From Basidiobolus meristosporus CBS 931.73 (lineage: Eukaryota > Fungi > Basidiobolomycota): 64,000 bases of DNA. Position numbers and translations under genes: made by a program. Position 1 is the first letter of the stretch; every line of letters starts with the position of its first letter. This document shows, piece by piece, positions 27,174 through 38,613 of this stretch. The stretch spans positions 62,001 to 126,000 of the forward strand of contig MCFE01000199.1 in the NCBI GenBank assembly GCA_002104905.1, read 5' to 3'. Below the pieces are notes generated by a model. The model saw nothing but the letters and a program-made list of their open reading frames with translations. It searched no databases and was not told the DNA's origin.

Positions 27174-28475
27174 ATGCTGCCAAAAAATAAAGCAAAGTTG
27201 TCTGATTCTCAGCCAAAACCCACCACTGATGGCAACAGAAGAACAATTGGACAACAGCTTGCTTTGATATTCAGTGCAACAAGCAGGGCTACATCCAAAA
27301 AAGGCCCTGTGGACAGTGTGCCCAATGAAGGTAGTAATGCGGACTCCACAGGCTCCCAGTCAAGTAGGCAATTGAGAGCCTCTGTGGAACCACAAGCTGA
27401 CCTTTATGCTCAGGCAGATGAGAATATAGCCAATGCAGTACCCTTAGTTGAAGATCAGCAAGTGGCTGCTATGGCATCACCATCCCCCATAATAGCAAGT
27501 ATGTTGTCAGCTCATACCAAAGCATTAATGAAGCAATTAGGTGCAGTGGCTGATAGAATAGATGCAATGGCCCAGAGAAATCAGGAAGTAGTCCAGAAAC
27601 AGGATGAGTGGATAATATGTGTAGAGCAATCAATATCCCAGGTAGAGAAAGCAGTAGACTTGTTCCATCATTCCAAAAATCAAAAGACATTGAAGATCCA
27701 TGAAGCTGTTGAATGCAATAATGAAGAGTGGGCTAATATACAAGAGGCTGTCAGAAGTCTAGCATGCCATCCCCTTAAGGCCAGCATACTATGGGACCAT
27801 CAGGAACTCAAGGCCAAGAAGAGTGCACTTGACTTGTTCCATGAGCATTATCCTGGATTTAAATGGGCAAACAGATTTTGGGCCAGCATTAGTATGCTAA
27901 GAGAGTATCATAAGAATATCAGAAACTATCAAGGACAGAAGAACAATGGTGCCATGGCTAAAAACCAGCGGCTTCCTCAAGAGCCTGTTACAAGCAGGGC
28001 CAAAAGCTCCAGACAAGCATCAAAGAGATGTCAGGCACCTGGAAGAGTGCCAATTAAGGACAAGCAGGCACACATGGATGCACCAGCACAACATTTATCA
28101 AGGAAAAGCGTAGTACCACTCAAGAAGCACCCAGTCAAATTAGCAGTGAAGGACCTGGCAATGATAGAAACCAGCCACTTTTACAGGATCCTATCACAAC
28201 TATGGTTGAGAGCTCAAAACAAGCTGAAAGAAACATCAGGTTGCCAGAAGAGTGCCAGCAAGGAACAAGCAGGCCAAAATAGATGTGACAGAGAAGTTTT
28301 ATCCAGGAGAAAGCGTAGTTCTTTACAAGAAGCACTCAGACAAAGTAGCAGTGAAAGACCTGGCAGTTATAAAGGAAAAGTTAAAGGGAAAAATGTCTGC
28401 CCAAGCCTGAGACAAGGAGGCATACAAAAAACTGCAGTTCTTGCCAATCAATGCCACAAGCCAGGAACAGACTGA
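27174..28475 (+). CDS. CACTA ORF2 (TnpA-like accessory protein, 433 aa open part; frameshifted continuation to ~29070)
   Basis: Open frame inside the TIR-bounded element; homologous remnants at ~560-2030, 13454-14030 and 48650-50600; coiled-coil-like and basic low-complexity regions. Confidence 0.7.
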   Translation: MLPKNKAKLSDSQPKPTTDGNRRTIGQQLALIFSATSRATSKKGPVDSVPNEGSNADSTGSQSSRQLRASVEPQADLYAQADENIANAVPLVEDQQVAAMASPSPIIASMLSAHTKALMKQLGAVADRIDAMAQRNQEVVQKQDEWIICVEQSISQVEKAVDLFHHSKNQKTLKIHEAVECNNEEWANIQEAVRSLACHPLKASILWDHQELKAKKSALDLFHEHYPGFKWANRFWASISMLREYHKNIRNYQGQKNNGAMAKNQRLPQEPVTSRAKSSRQASKRCQAPGRVPIKDKQAHMDAPAQHLSRKSVVPLKKHPVKLAVKDLAMIETSHFYRILSQLWLRAQNKLKETSGCQKSASKEQAGQNRCDREVLSRRKRSSLQEALRQSSSERPGSYKGKVKGKNVCPSLRQGGIQKTAVLANQCHKPGTD

Positions 28476-29392
28476 ATCCCATCATAGCCAAGAAGAATTA
28501 TCAACAAGAAAACAGCTGCTTTTGCAAGAGTTGGAAGTACATCCAGTTGAGCTACACTCCAGCAAGGTAAATGAGTTTGCTGAAAAAGGCAATATGTCTA
28601 CCACAGCCTGCATTGCTGACAGAGTGGAGTTCCCCCTGACAGACAATGCTACAATGTCAGGAGCTCAGAAGACTATCACAATGCCTTCAGTAGAGTTTTG
28701 GAACATTAATAGGCACACCAAGGGGTTGCAGCACTTCTTCAAGAGCAGTGCTCAAAAGAACGCACTGGAATATTGCAAGGACTTATTGCAAATACTGGCA
28801 GATGAGGAGCTAGACCTTGCAGTGCTGGCTGAAGACCAGGACATGTGGTAACCAGTGAATGAACAGTGGCATAAAGCCATTGGGTTCCGGCCAAAGTTGT
28901 GGAACCAGAGCGTTACAGCAGAAATACTCATTGAATGGTGGATTTTAATGGAGTTACTTGCTGAGTGTGGGGTTGGGCTTAGTTTTAGTGTAGGGTATAG
29001 AGACTTGTATAGGTCAATACAATTGGCAATTGAGGTACAACTGAAGCTTCAATGGAAATAAATCAATTTGTACACATGAAAAGTAAGAGAAACGGTTGAG
29101 TCAGGAGGTAAGGAGTGTGAAAAAGAGGCAATAGCCAATCAATTCACACAAACATAGGAGGCAATAGAGTGTCCAGGATCAGAAAGTGAGCTAATTGGCA
29201 GGGAACCACTCAAAAGCCACTTATACATCATTGTGATGAAAAATTTTGACAAAGTTTTTTGTGAAATCTGGGGTGCATTGATTTTTCAACGGTCTCTGGA
29301 TGGTGTCCTGACAAGATCAGTACCTGTTAGTCATGGGACATTAACTTTGTGACGGCCTTTTGACAGGATCATCTCAATAATTTTTCATAGGG

Positions 29393-30500
29393 TATCCCAA
29401 TCTCATCAAGAATATTACCTTCAAGTCTGTCATGGATGTGATGAGTGAGCACATGGAGGACAACCAGGCAGAGTTGGAAAATACTGAGGACAGATGGGCA
29501 CTTGGAGACACCTATGCCTATGGCATTAAGAAGCTAAGCAGGCCCAATGCATGAGTACTCAGTTAAGTAATGCAAAGTTGGGTTGGGTGCAACAAGCCAC
29601 TAATTTTTTATTAGGGAAACTTTATCAAGGTATGCCAGATTTCTCTTGGTTGGAGTTCAACTTCTACACCATTCAATATAGAACACACTCAAACAAGAGC
29701 CAGAGTGCACCTATAAGGGAGACTAGAATCTAGCAGAGAGAAGGAATATATTGGCTAAATACTGAGAAGTTCTTTGCCAATATTCAGGAGGTATTCATAG
29801 AAGAAGTGGCAGCAGCCAAGTATATGTTTACAATATGTATATGTTACCAGCAGTACAAGGTATATGGCAACTTTGCAAGTATCACACTAAAAAGCTGCAA
29901 AGTTGAGCTGATAAAAGTATGTCAATTGCAGCAGGTGTGAATGTTTGTAGAGGTTAGTAAGCAGAAGGCCATAATTTTTTTTATTCAGACTTTATGTAGA
30001 ATACCCAAGGTGGTAGTGGGTGAGCAAATAAAGAGGGGTGATTCTACAGTGGAATATATGAATTGCACAAAGGGAGGTAAAAAAGGAAATACCGTTTGAT
30101 AAATTGGTACAGTAGCATTATACAGAAACAGCTGGAGGCTGCCACACTGCTAATATAATACCATCAGATTTGTGCCATTAGGCTGCTGAAATACCATCAA
30201 GTTTCTTGCCATATAAGTCAATAAGATGTCCTGGCCAGTTGGATGCATTTAATATAGTTGTAGAGCACAATAAGACCACAACAATAACATGCAATCAATG
30301 TCACATCACCAATCAAATCTTGTAAAGCTTTATCACATTATCTGGTAGCAATATTAGCAAAACACTGTTGTGATCCTGTCACATAATCTTTAATAGGGTC
30401 ACTGATTCCAAGCTGCTTATATTACAATGGTCTCTTAGCAGAATCCTGATGGCTGATCCGGATTGTATCCACCCACAGGACCATATTACTTTTCATAGGG
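29393..30500 (+). mobile_element. 3' end of host CACTA copy with terminus ...TTTTCATAGGG at 30500
   Basis: Continues the transposase C-terminus from 23783; terminal TIR matches the family. Confidence 0.82.
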
Positions 30501-31624
30501 CCACAGCATCAAGTGTTTTATTGGCACCCATGCTAACCTTTTAAATTGAAATTTCTTGATATTGGGTAAAAAGCTCTTTTGGGTATGTAAGGTGTTGAAA
30601 TGCTCCAGAGCTAATATAGCACATCTGTGAAACCTTGTTTGTGGTCATATTTAGTGCAGATATAAATAGTCAATCTTTGGTTGTTGCGGCATTTCTGAAC
30701 TCAGGCATTTTCTCCTGACTATCTCTCTTTTTCAAGCATTGGTCTGATGTGTGTCATTTCCTTTTGCAGCGGTTGGTAAACAGCTTGCTATTGTCTTTAA
30801 ATGATATTGGGTATATCATTTGTTGGCTATCATTGCATATTAAAGCTTTTGTGCTTCCTTCCTATTGATGCTTGATTTCCTTAACTCTTCATCCAGGAGC
30901 CTTCTACATAAATAATTTAAGGTCAAATCTTCAGTTCCAAGCTGCAGGGCTGATAGAAGTCCCTGAAGCCTGCTTGCCAGGCTAGCCAGGAGGGCAGCTA
31001 GCACATCCTCATCAGAGGCTGGTATGCCCACAAATTTCATTTCAGCAAACTGTGTGGCTATTCTTCAAATTAGATTTTTCTTTTTTGCTCCTGGCAGCAT
31101 TTTTTGTGTAAAGTATTTTTGCCCAAGATACACTCTCTTTGGAGCTGAGTGTACCTTCCACACTTGGTAATTAGATCCATCCAGCTTTTCAGCAGAGGGA
31201 AAAGTACCAGTAATAGCAGTAGTAGCCATTGTAGAGTGTGACAGCTTGAGGTTCACAACCTGTTGTAAGAATCTTGGAGATTATGGAAGTAATTTGGAAA
31301 ACAAGAAGATTATGTGGTTTTCACTGAATGATTTATTGAATGCAATAGTAATATTTGTAATTTTACATGGTCCTGTCGTAGTATACACTTAGTATAGACT
31401 TATTAAGGCTCTAAGAACATATGTACAATGTCTGGGGCTATCTGGACAACATTGAGAATTCTCATGTTCTGGCTACCTGATATATTGGTGAGAATATTCC
31501 AAGTAAATACCAGTAAGGAATTTGTTTAGTATTCTTGATGATTTGTAGGTGATGAGCTTAGCAATTAGGTTAGGCTAGTAATGGGAGGAACTGCTATCTT
31601 TCAAATCAGTACTAATCAAGAACA
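30501..31624 (-). mobile_element. 5' fragment of a second Copia family (LTR ~31261-31624, PBS-like, gag, protease start)
   Basis: EKLDGSNYQVWK; DEDVLAALLASL...LLDEE; decayed knuckle RCKRK*HTSDQC; minus-strand GGTTGTGAACC abutting the LTR; right LTR boundary uncertain. Confidence 0.72.
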
Positions 31625-31634
31625 AAAAAATTAC

Positions 31635-32305
31635 TTTATACTTGATGGTAAGCATTGCACATAACTAATTAGCAAGGGCTACTTTGAAGTTATTGATAGC
31701 CATGTTTTTGCCTTGGTACTTGATGGATTCTCATTAAGCAGGTACTGTATTAGCAATTTCTGCTAGCCACTGATTTTAATCAACCAGAATCTGCTGTTAA
31801 TCTTACCATATCAAAGCAAAAGTGTGAGTGTATTCTCACAAATATCTGGCCCAAATCATTATCCAGCCTGGATACCTACCTGTATTCATTACTTGATGAG
31901 TTTAGCATGCTATTTTGTAACGTACTAATAAATGGCTGTCATACCAATATGCATATTATTATCAATATTTGTGATACCCTAGCCATCAGCAAGCCAGCTG
32001 ATTTTTCTGGGCACAATAGATGGTATTGCCGTAAATGTGTGAGATCCAGAATATTTACTTCATAATTCATACACATTATTTTAGCCAAGCACACACACTA
32101 AATATATCCCCTTCCCATGGAGAAAACACAAAGAAGTCAGCATGCACTTGCAGCAAAGCTGGAAAGCTATAAGCTACTGGCCAGAATATGGAATTATTAC
32201 CAAACCAGATATAATTAAGATAGAGGGACTCTATTGGAGAAAAGGCTCCCTACTAGGAGCAGTGAGTCTGCGCTTCAAAGATATTCCTATACCAATACCT
32301 AGCGG
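31635..32305 (+). mobile_element. Degenerate CACTA transposase fragment (host of B1)
   Basis: Nucleotide homology to 15130-15715 and to the reverse of 25400-26080. Confidence 0.72.
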
Positions 32306-33423
32306 TGTGGTGGTGTATAAGTCCAAAGGGCAAAATACGGCCAACACTTCTCAAGTGTGAATGTGTGTGGGGTGTTCACTGGGTGCGATAACCTCTGGCA
32401 AAAGCTTGCTAGGAATACTGGGTCTTTTATCTAATCTAATGTGATGGGGGATAAAGCCTCAAGCTTGTCAAGGGAAAACTATTGAACTACAATCCCCAAC
32501 TTAGTTGGCGTCTTAACAAAAGTTTATAATGGCTTCGACGTCCTTTGAGATGACAATGTACTAAAGCTTCCAAAGTCAAAACAACTGTAAACTCCACCAA
32601 CAGGGACTTGATAAGAATGCAGCTTTGACCAATAGTTACAAAGACTGAAAAGTATCTTTGCCTGTACAAGAACAAACTTGGGAAAACAAACAATATAATA
32701 AAATATACCTACTCTGAGTATTCCTCACAAGTAGTGCCTCCAAGGTCAGTTGGCTGTCAGCGCGGTTTCCTGGGAGTATCGTCAGGTCTGAGTCAGAAAA
32801 TAGTGGTAATAGGTAGCGGTGATCTCACTAATCAATAAGTTGGAATATTGGAAGAGGGATGATTTATTTTAAGGGATAGCCTCCCTTATATACTTTTTTG
32901 CTGCTCAATTTCTTGCTAGAAAATACTTTCCGGAAGTTTCCAGAAGGTAGTAGACAACCAATCATGTCTTTGTGTACTAAAAATAGCGCAAATTCTTGGC
33001 GGATTGTTCCATGAGACATAGTAGCACCTAGCCAATCAGGTAGTGGTAACATGAAACCTCTGTGTCATGTGGTTGCCTCTTATGGTAGTGAGATGGGGGG
33101 ATTATGAAACCAAGATGGTCACGTGACATGGGCACTGTTGGGGTACTTGCCTTATAAGGTAACTCTCTTATCTTGGCATCTCGGCAAGGAATAAGAATAG
33201 CTTGTGCAATGGGTTAATAGTGACAAATAGTTTGTCAGGTTGCATAGTAATAATCACATAGACAAAAATAGGAAATATTGCAAATTTGGGATGATAATAA
33301 TATAGGCGGGGTAAGCCTTTTTAGGGAAGTGAACGCATAAGAATGAGCACATCTGCCTGTGGGTGTCACCGTGACCCCACTACATCCACCCCCCTCTCAG
33401 CTTTGAACTCAGGTCAAAGCAAA

Positions 33424-36400
33424 CTAAATGTGATGTGCGAAATTCCGGTGCTTGAATAGCTTAAGTCGGTTTCCTGCCACAGGTGCTCTTAGCGGTGTTC
33501 CATCAAGTTCAGACAGGTAGTAGCTTCCATTTCCAATCACCTTAGAGACAATATATGGGCCAGACCACTTATTGTCAAATTTGCGGCTCCACTGCTTGTC
33601 TAAAGTGGAATCATAGAGCAGTACTGGATCTCCTTGCAGTAATGGCTTTGGTCTAAGGCTATGTGACTTGTCAAATGGTTCCTTGTTCTGAAGTCTTGTC
33701 TCTTTGAGTTTAGCAGCTGCTTGGGTAATATCAAGTTCATGGTGATCAAGCTGTTTGATGCGTGTAGTCAGTAGTTCTTCTGTACTCATTGTAGTTCTCC
33801 ACTCTAGCATGTTCCAGGATATTGAGTCAAGCTCTATGGGAAGAACGCAATCATGTCCGTAAAGCAATTTGAATGGAGATAGACCTGTGCTGCGCTTTGT
33901 AGTGATTCTATCTGCCCAGAGTGCTAGATGAAGTTGTGTAGGCCACTGTAGTGTCATGTTGTTGCAGCTCTTGACCAGGGAGTTAACTAACGGGCCATGG
34001 CCTCTTTCAACCATTCCATTGGCCTGTGGGTGATAAGCGGTAGTGAAAGCAATATGAATCTTGTATTGTGAGCAGAGTTCCTGGATCAAATTTGAGGTCA
34101 TTTCTCCTCGGTCAGCAACAAACTGGCTGATGCAGCCAAATCTGCATATTATATCTTCAAGAATAAATCTCCATATGGTGTGGCTTTTGTTATTGGGTAG
34201 GGCTCAAGCTTCTACCCACCCACTCAGATCATCTCTGGCAACAACAAGGTACTTCTTGGTTCCAGCAGTTGGCATGTGGACCAGGTCAATGCCAACCTTC
34301 TGCCATAGACAAGGTGTGTAGGTTGGATGGAGCGGCTCCTCATATCTCTTGGTTGACCTTCTTTGGCAAATGTCACAAGATTCAACAAAGTGTTGGACAT
34401 CATGATACATATGCTCCCAGTAGTATCTACTGGAAACAACATTGTAAGTGGCATCTCTGCCTCTATGACCACCGGGTCTTCCTTCATGAAGGCTTGACAT
34501 AATAGTCAGTTGTTCCTGGGGCTCAACTATAACTCTTCTTGGTGTCTGTCCAGGCTTTACTCGTTTGAAGAGGAGGCCATCTTTTATGTAGAAATGATGG
34601 GCCTTCTTCCTGAGCTTTCTGAAATCATGTGGGCTCATTCCTGGTGGCTTCTCTAAGGTTCTCAGATAGTCTTGAATGGTGTTCCACGTAGAGTTGCTGG
34701 GCTTCTTCACGTGTAGTTGTCGGATTTCTGCATCAATTATGTCATCAAAGTCAGGGTCCATATCTTCAGACAACTGTGGTCCCTTCCTGGAGAGTGCATC
34801 AGCCACAACATTTGTCTTGCCAGGGATATGTCTGACCTCAAAGTCAAACATTTTCAGCCATGCCATCCACCGATTTGTGGCATCATCAGGTAGATCAGGC
34901 TTGTTGATCATTCCTATAAGTGGTTTAGCATCTGTCTCCAGGATGAAATGTGTCATGTAGAGTTGTGACTTCAGCTTTCTCAGCATCTTCACAACTCCTA
35001 GTAGCTCTCTCTTAATCTGTGAGTATCTTTGTTCTCTAGGAGAGAAGAGGCAGCTCTCATATCTGCAGGCATAGCGGTTACCATCTTCATCATCTTGGCC
35101 AAGTAGTGCTCCAGCTCCTACAGGGCTTGCATCCACCGTCAAGATAGGTGGGCATTCAGTGTTCTGATAGTCAAGAGGTCTCAGAACTGGTGGAGATACT
35201 AAGGCCTCTTTTAGTAATTGCATGGCTTCTTCTTGCTCTTCTCCCCAGTTAAATGGGGCATTCTTTCTCTGTAGTCGGTAGATTGGTTCTGCTATCTCAG
35301 AAAATCTTGGGATCCAGATCCTAAAGAACCCACAAGCTGCCACAAAGCCACGAGCTTGTGTTAGATTTGTGGGGGTAGGCCAGTTGCATATCTTTTGTGT
35401 CTTGGAGTCTCCGGGTGAACGACCAAAGGTGTTGCATTTTTGTCCAACAATGGATATCTCTGATACACCAAAGCTGCTTTTCTCACCACTGATGGTGAGT
35501 CCAGCTTCTTCAATGGCTCCTAATATGGCATCATTGTCTGAAATATGGTCATAGACAAACTTTCTTACTCCAGGCATAACTTCAGTTGTGTCCCGGAGTT
35601 TTGGTCCTTTGATGCCTATGTCATCAACAAAGACAGCAAGTTTCTCAGGTATAAACCGGTAGAGCACATTTACCATGCACCTCTGGAACTGAGCCACGGA
35701 GTTTGTTGCCCCTTGGCTAAGTCTTGTCATTCTTAACAGTCCAAATGGAGTCTGGAGTGCAAACATATCTCTTGATGTCTCATCTAGGGGAATCTGGTCG
35801 TATCCTGAGTAGAGATCATATGTTGAGTAGATGGAGTGACCACTAAAGCTTTCTGCAAAGTCATCAATAGACGGAGGTATTGCGGCATCTCTGATAGTGA
35901 CAGCATTTGCAGGTTGCATGTCCTGAATGAATCGGAGCTTCCCATTCTTCTTTTTGGTCACAAACCATCTGTTAGCATAAGGTCCATGGCAAGGTTCTAG
36001 GATACCAGCCTCAATCTTCTTCTTAAGTAGGTCATGCACATCAGCTTGGAGTCCTCTAGGCAGTGGGTAAGGTTTAAATGACCAGGGTGTGTGGGGCACT
36101 GTATGAATTTTGATAGGTTTTTCAACCGATGTCTTTAAGAGTCCCATCTCCTTGTCATTATATGAGAAAACCTTATCATGCCTTTTCAGGGTTTCTTCAA
36201 ATAGTAAGATCTCCTCCGGTGTTAGGTTTCCATCACCAATGATAAGTTGCTTAAGTCTCTCAGGTGTAAGTCGTATATCTTCTGGTGTTCCTTCTGGTGG
36301 TCTGATGTAATCAGCAGGTCGAGACCCATCAGTTAAAGGCGTAAGTGATGGTCTAATCTTCTGTTCCACTGTCTTGTATTTTGTGCGAACCATAGCTGTC

Positions 36401-37806
36401 TGCTCCTGTATACCTAATGAGTAGCTCCAACTGTTAGGGTGTATACTGTCAGGCTCCTCATCTTCTTCTATAACAAGATGTGTCTTCTGGCAAGCGGTAT
36501 GTGTCCTCTTATTGTTGGGTGTTACCCCACAGAATGTTGACTGTAGTCCTGGGTTGGATCCTTGTATAGTGTACCACACTGACCCATCAGAATAGTTGGT
36601 AGTTGTAGCCTTAGTACTGGTCTCCCATGGTCTGCCTAACAGAAGGTCAAAGTTTGCCTTCTGGCAGATAAAGAGGGGAAGCCAGACCTTGATTCCTTGT
36701 ACCTCAATAGGGAACTTGTGCACTACACCATAGAGTGGGCTAGACCCTGAGTTTGCATCAGTCATGTTCCATCCAATATCTCTATCAACAGGCAGTAGCT
36801 CCTTGCTTCTAAGTGTCTTCCAGAAGTCTAGCGGCATAACACAAATCTCTGAACCACTGTCAATATGGCAGTCAACAGGGTCATCATATATATACCCTTT
36901 CACCACAGCAGTTGCAACTGAGTAAAAGGTCTTGTATTTGGTAGCGTTGTCATCCTTTTTGTGGTCTTCATGGTTTGTCTGGATTATATGGGTGTCCATA
37001 TGTTCAACAGCTTGTCTTCTTGTTCTAAGCTGCTCATCAAAGGTCTTCCTAACAGACGGTGATACACTCATGATTTCTCCAACTGACAAAGTGAGGTTCT
37101 GCTTCAGTAGTTTCTCAGTAATCAATTGGGGGCTTGAGTAGCCTGCTATCTTTGAGGTCATCTGAAAGTGAGGTAATGGGTCTTGAGTAGGCAGTGTTCC
37201 AGGCCTCTTGTCAATAATAACCTCAGGCTCTTCAAATCGTGGTCTTCTAAGGATGGGTTTGACAGGTTCTTCAGGAAGGTGTCTCTTAGTAGCAAAGGTG
37301 TCTACTTCGTATTTTCTGTTGTCAGGGCTGTTTGGACTCACTGTATGAGTCTCAATAGGGGCATCAACAGTAATCTTTCTAGTTGCTGAGTCAGACTTCT
37401 GGAAAAGGGCTCTCATTCCGCCTCTTCGGAAATTAGTGGGAATCCTTTTTCCTTCCTTATCAGCAAGCATTCCATCAGCATCAAACTGTACTGTTCCTTC
37501 TCTAAGTAGCTGGCTAAGCTCTGAGCATTCACGTCTGGCATGCTGAGTAGAGTCACACCAAATGCAGTGTCTAGGCAAAGCTCTTTGGCCCTCAGTAGCT
37601 ACCTCAGCTGAGCCGTTAACCTTGAGGGCTAGCTTTTGTAGCTGTTCAGCAAGTTGGTCAATTCTGTCGGTAGTGTAGGTCTGATTGTCAGCAACAGCAC
37701 TCTTTAGCTCCTTGGTTGGCTGGTCTGGCAGATTAGATGTCAGAGTCTCATAAAGGTAGAAGTTTGCTTTGCCTCTAGGAGTACACGTTTCATCTCTGCA
37801 AAGCAA
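33424..37806 (-). CDS. pol: B1 Gag-Pol polyprotein (knuckle, PR, RT, RH, IN); TGA in integrase at 34204
   Basis: CIWCDSTQHARREC; CHIDSGSEI; DLYSGYDQI; FVDDIGIKG; TVDASP; GHRGRDAT...CDICQR; YHPQANGMVERGH. Confidence 0.95.
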
Positions 37807-38276
37807 GGAATGCCAGACTTGTCATCCTTGGCTGCATGTAGGTCAACTTTCCTTGCCAATTCCTGGGGAAGCCCTTGTGCAAGGTAAAGTGTCATGGTAA
37901 ACTCAGTTATTGCCTGGGACTCTAGGAGTGGCTTGGCCATATCTTCATATTGTTGAATGAACTCTTCAAGTGGTAGCTTGGAGAGTCCCATCCTTCCAAA
38001 GTGTCTGAGGTCTTCAATTCCATAGTATATCTGGGGTCTGCCATACTCGGTCTGTAGGTAGGTCTTCATTAAGGTCCAGTCAGTCAGAATGTCTCCTTGT
38101 CTGAGAAGCTTAGTAGTAATATCATCGGTGCAGTAGTAGGGGAAGTCTTCAGCCATTTCTTGTTCAGATAGGCTGCACATCTTGCAGAGCTTCTCCCATT
38201 TGAATATGAAGCTCTCCACATTCTTTCCATCAAACTGTGGGGCTCCATGTGAGAGTGGTAACGGCATAGAGTTCAT
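37740..38276 (-). CDS. gag: B1 Gag N-terminus (1-bp frameshift relative to the rest)
   Basis: PQFDGKNVESFIFKWE motif; identical to the B2 Gag start. Confidence 0.85.
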   Translation of the reverse strand: MNSMPLPLSHGAPQFDGKNVESFIFKWEKLCKMCSLSEQEMAEDFPYYCTDDITTKLLRQGDILTDWTLMKTYLQTEYGRPQIYYGIEDLRHFGRMGLSKLPLEEFIQQYEDMAKPLLESQAITEFTMTLYLAQGLPQELARKVDLHAAKDDKSGIPCFAEMKRVLLEAKQTSTFMRL

Positions 38277-38479
38277 TTTGGGTAGTAGGTTGGTGTTATA
38301 GTCTTGATAATATTGGTATGTCTTGTTTCAATAATATGGGTGAACGGCTCAAATCTTCAGGTAAATCTTGTTGGGTCCTAGAGCTTTTGAATGTTTGCAT
38401 AGTGAACACTCCACACACATTCTCAGTGTGAGAATGTGTTGGGCGTATTTTGCCTTTGGACTATACACCACCACATATT

Positions 38480-38495
38480 TGGCACCAACGTGGGG
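38480..38495 (+). promoter_or_regulatory. Primer-binding site, tRNA-Lys(CUU)-like
   Basis: TGGCACCAACGTGGGG vs canonical Lys PBS TGGCGCCCAACGTGGGG, 4 nt after LTR end CACCACCACA. Confidence 0.7.
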
Positions 38496-38613
38496 GTTCA
38501 TACAAGCTCCCTAGGACCCAACAAGATTTACCTGAAGATTTGAGCCGTTACCCATTTATTGAAACAAGACTACCAATATTATCAAGACTACAACACCAAC
38601 CTACCTACCCAAA

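Larger units (their letters stand above)
23784..29392 (-). mobile_element. Complete (5.6 kb) but decayed CACTA/EnSpm element with CCCTATGAA TIRs and 3-bp TSD TAT
   Basis: Starts CCCTATGAAGAATT, ends AATAATTTTTCATAGGG; TAT on both sides; transposase on minus, ORF2 on plus. Confidence 0.9.
32306..38393 (-). mobile_element. Ty3/Gypsy element B1 (3' LTR 32306-33384, PPT 33385-33400, pol, gag); lacks 5' LTR and PBS
   Basis: 1200-aa gag-pol ORF; LTR TG...CA; reverse complement of B2. Confidence 0.95.

Noticed and set aside
27174-28475. 433-aa ORF as an independent host gene
   Set aside because: Lies between CACTA TIRs and recurs decayed in other copies
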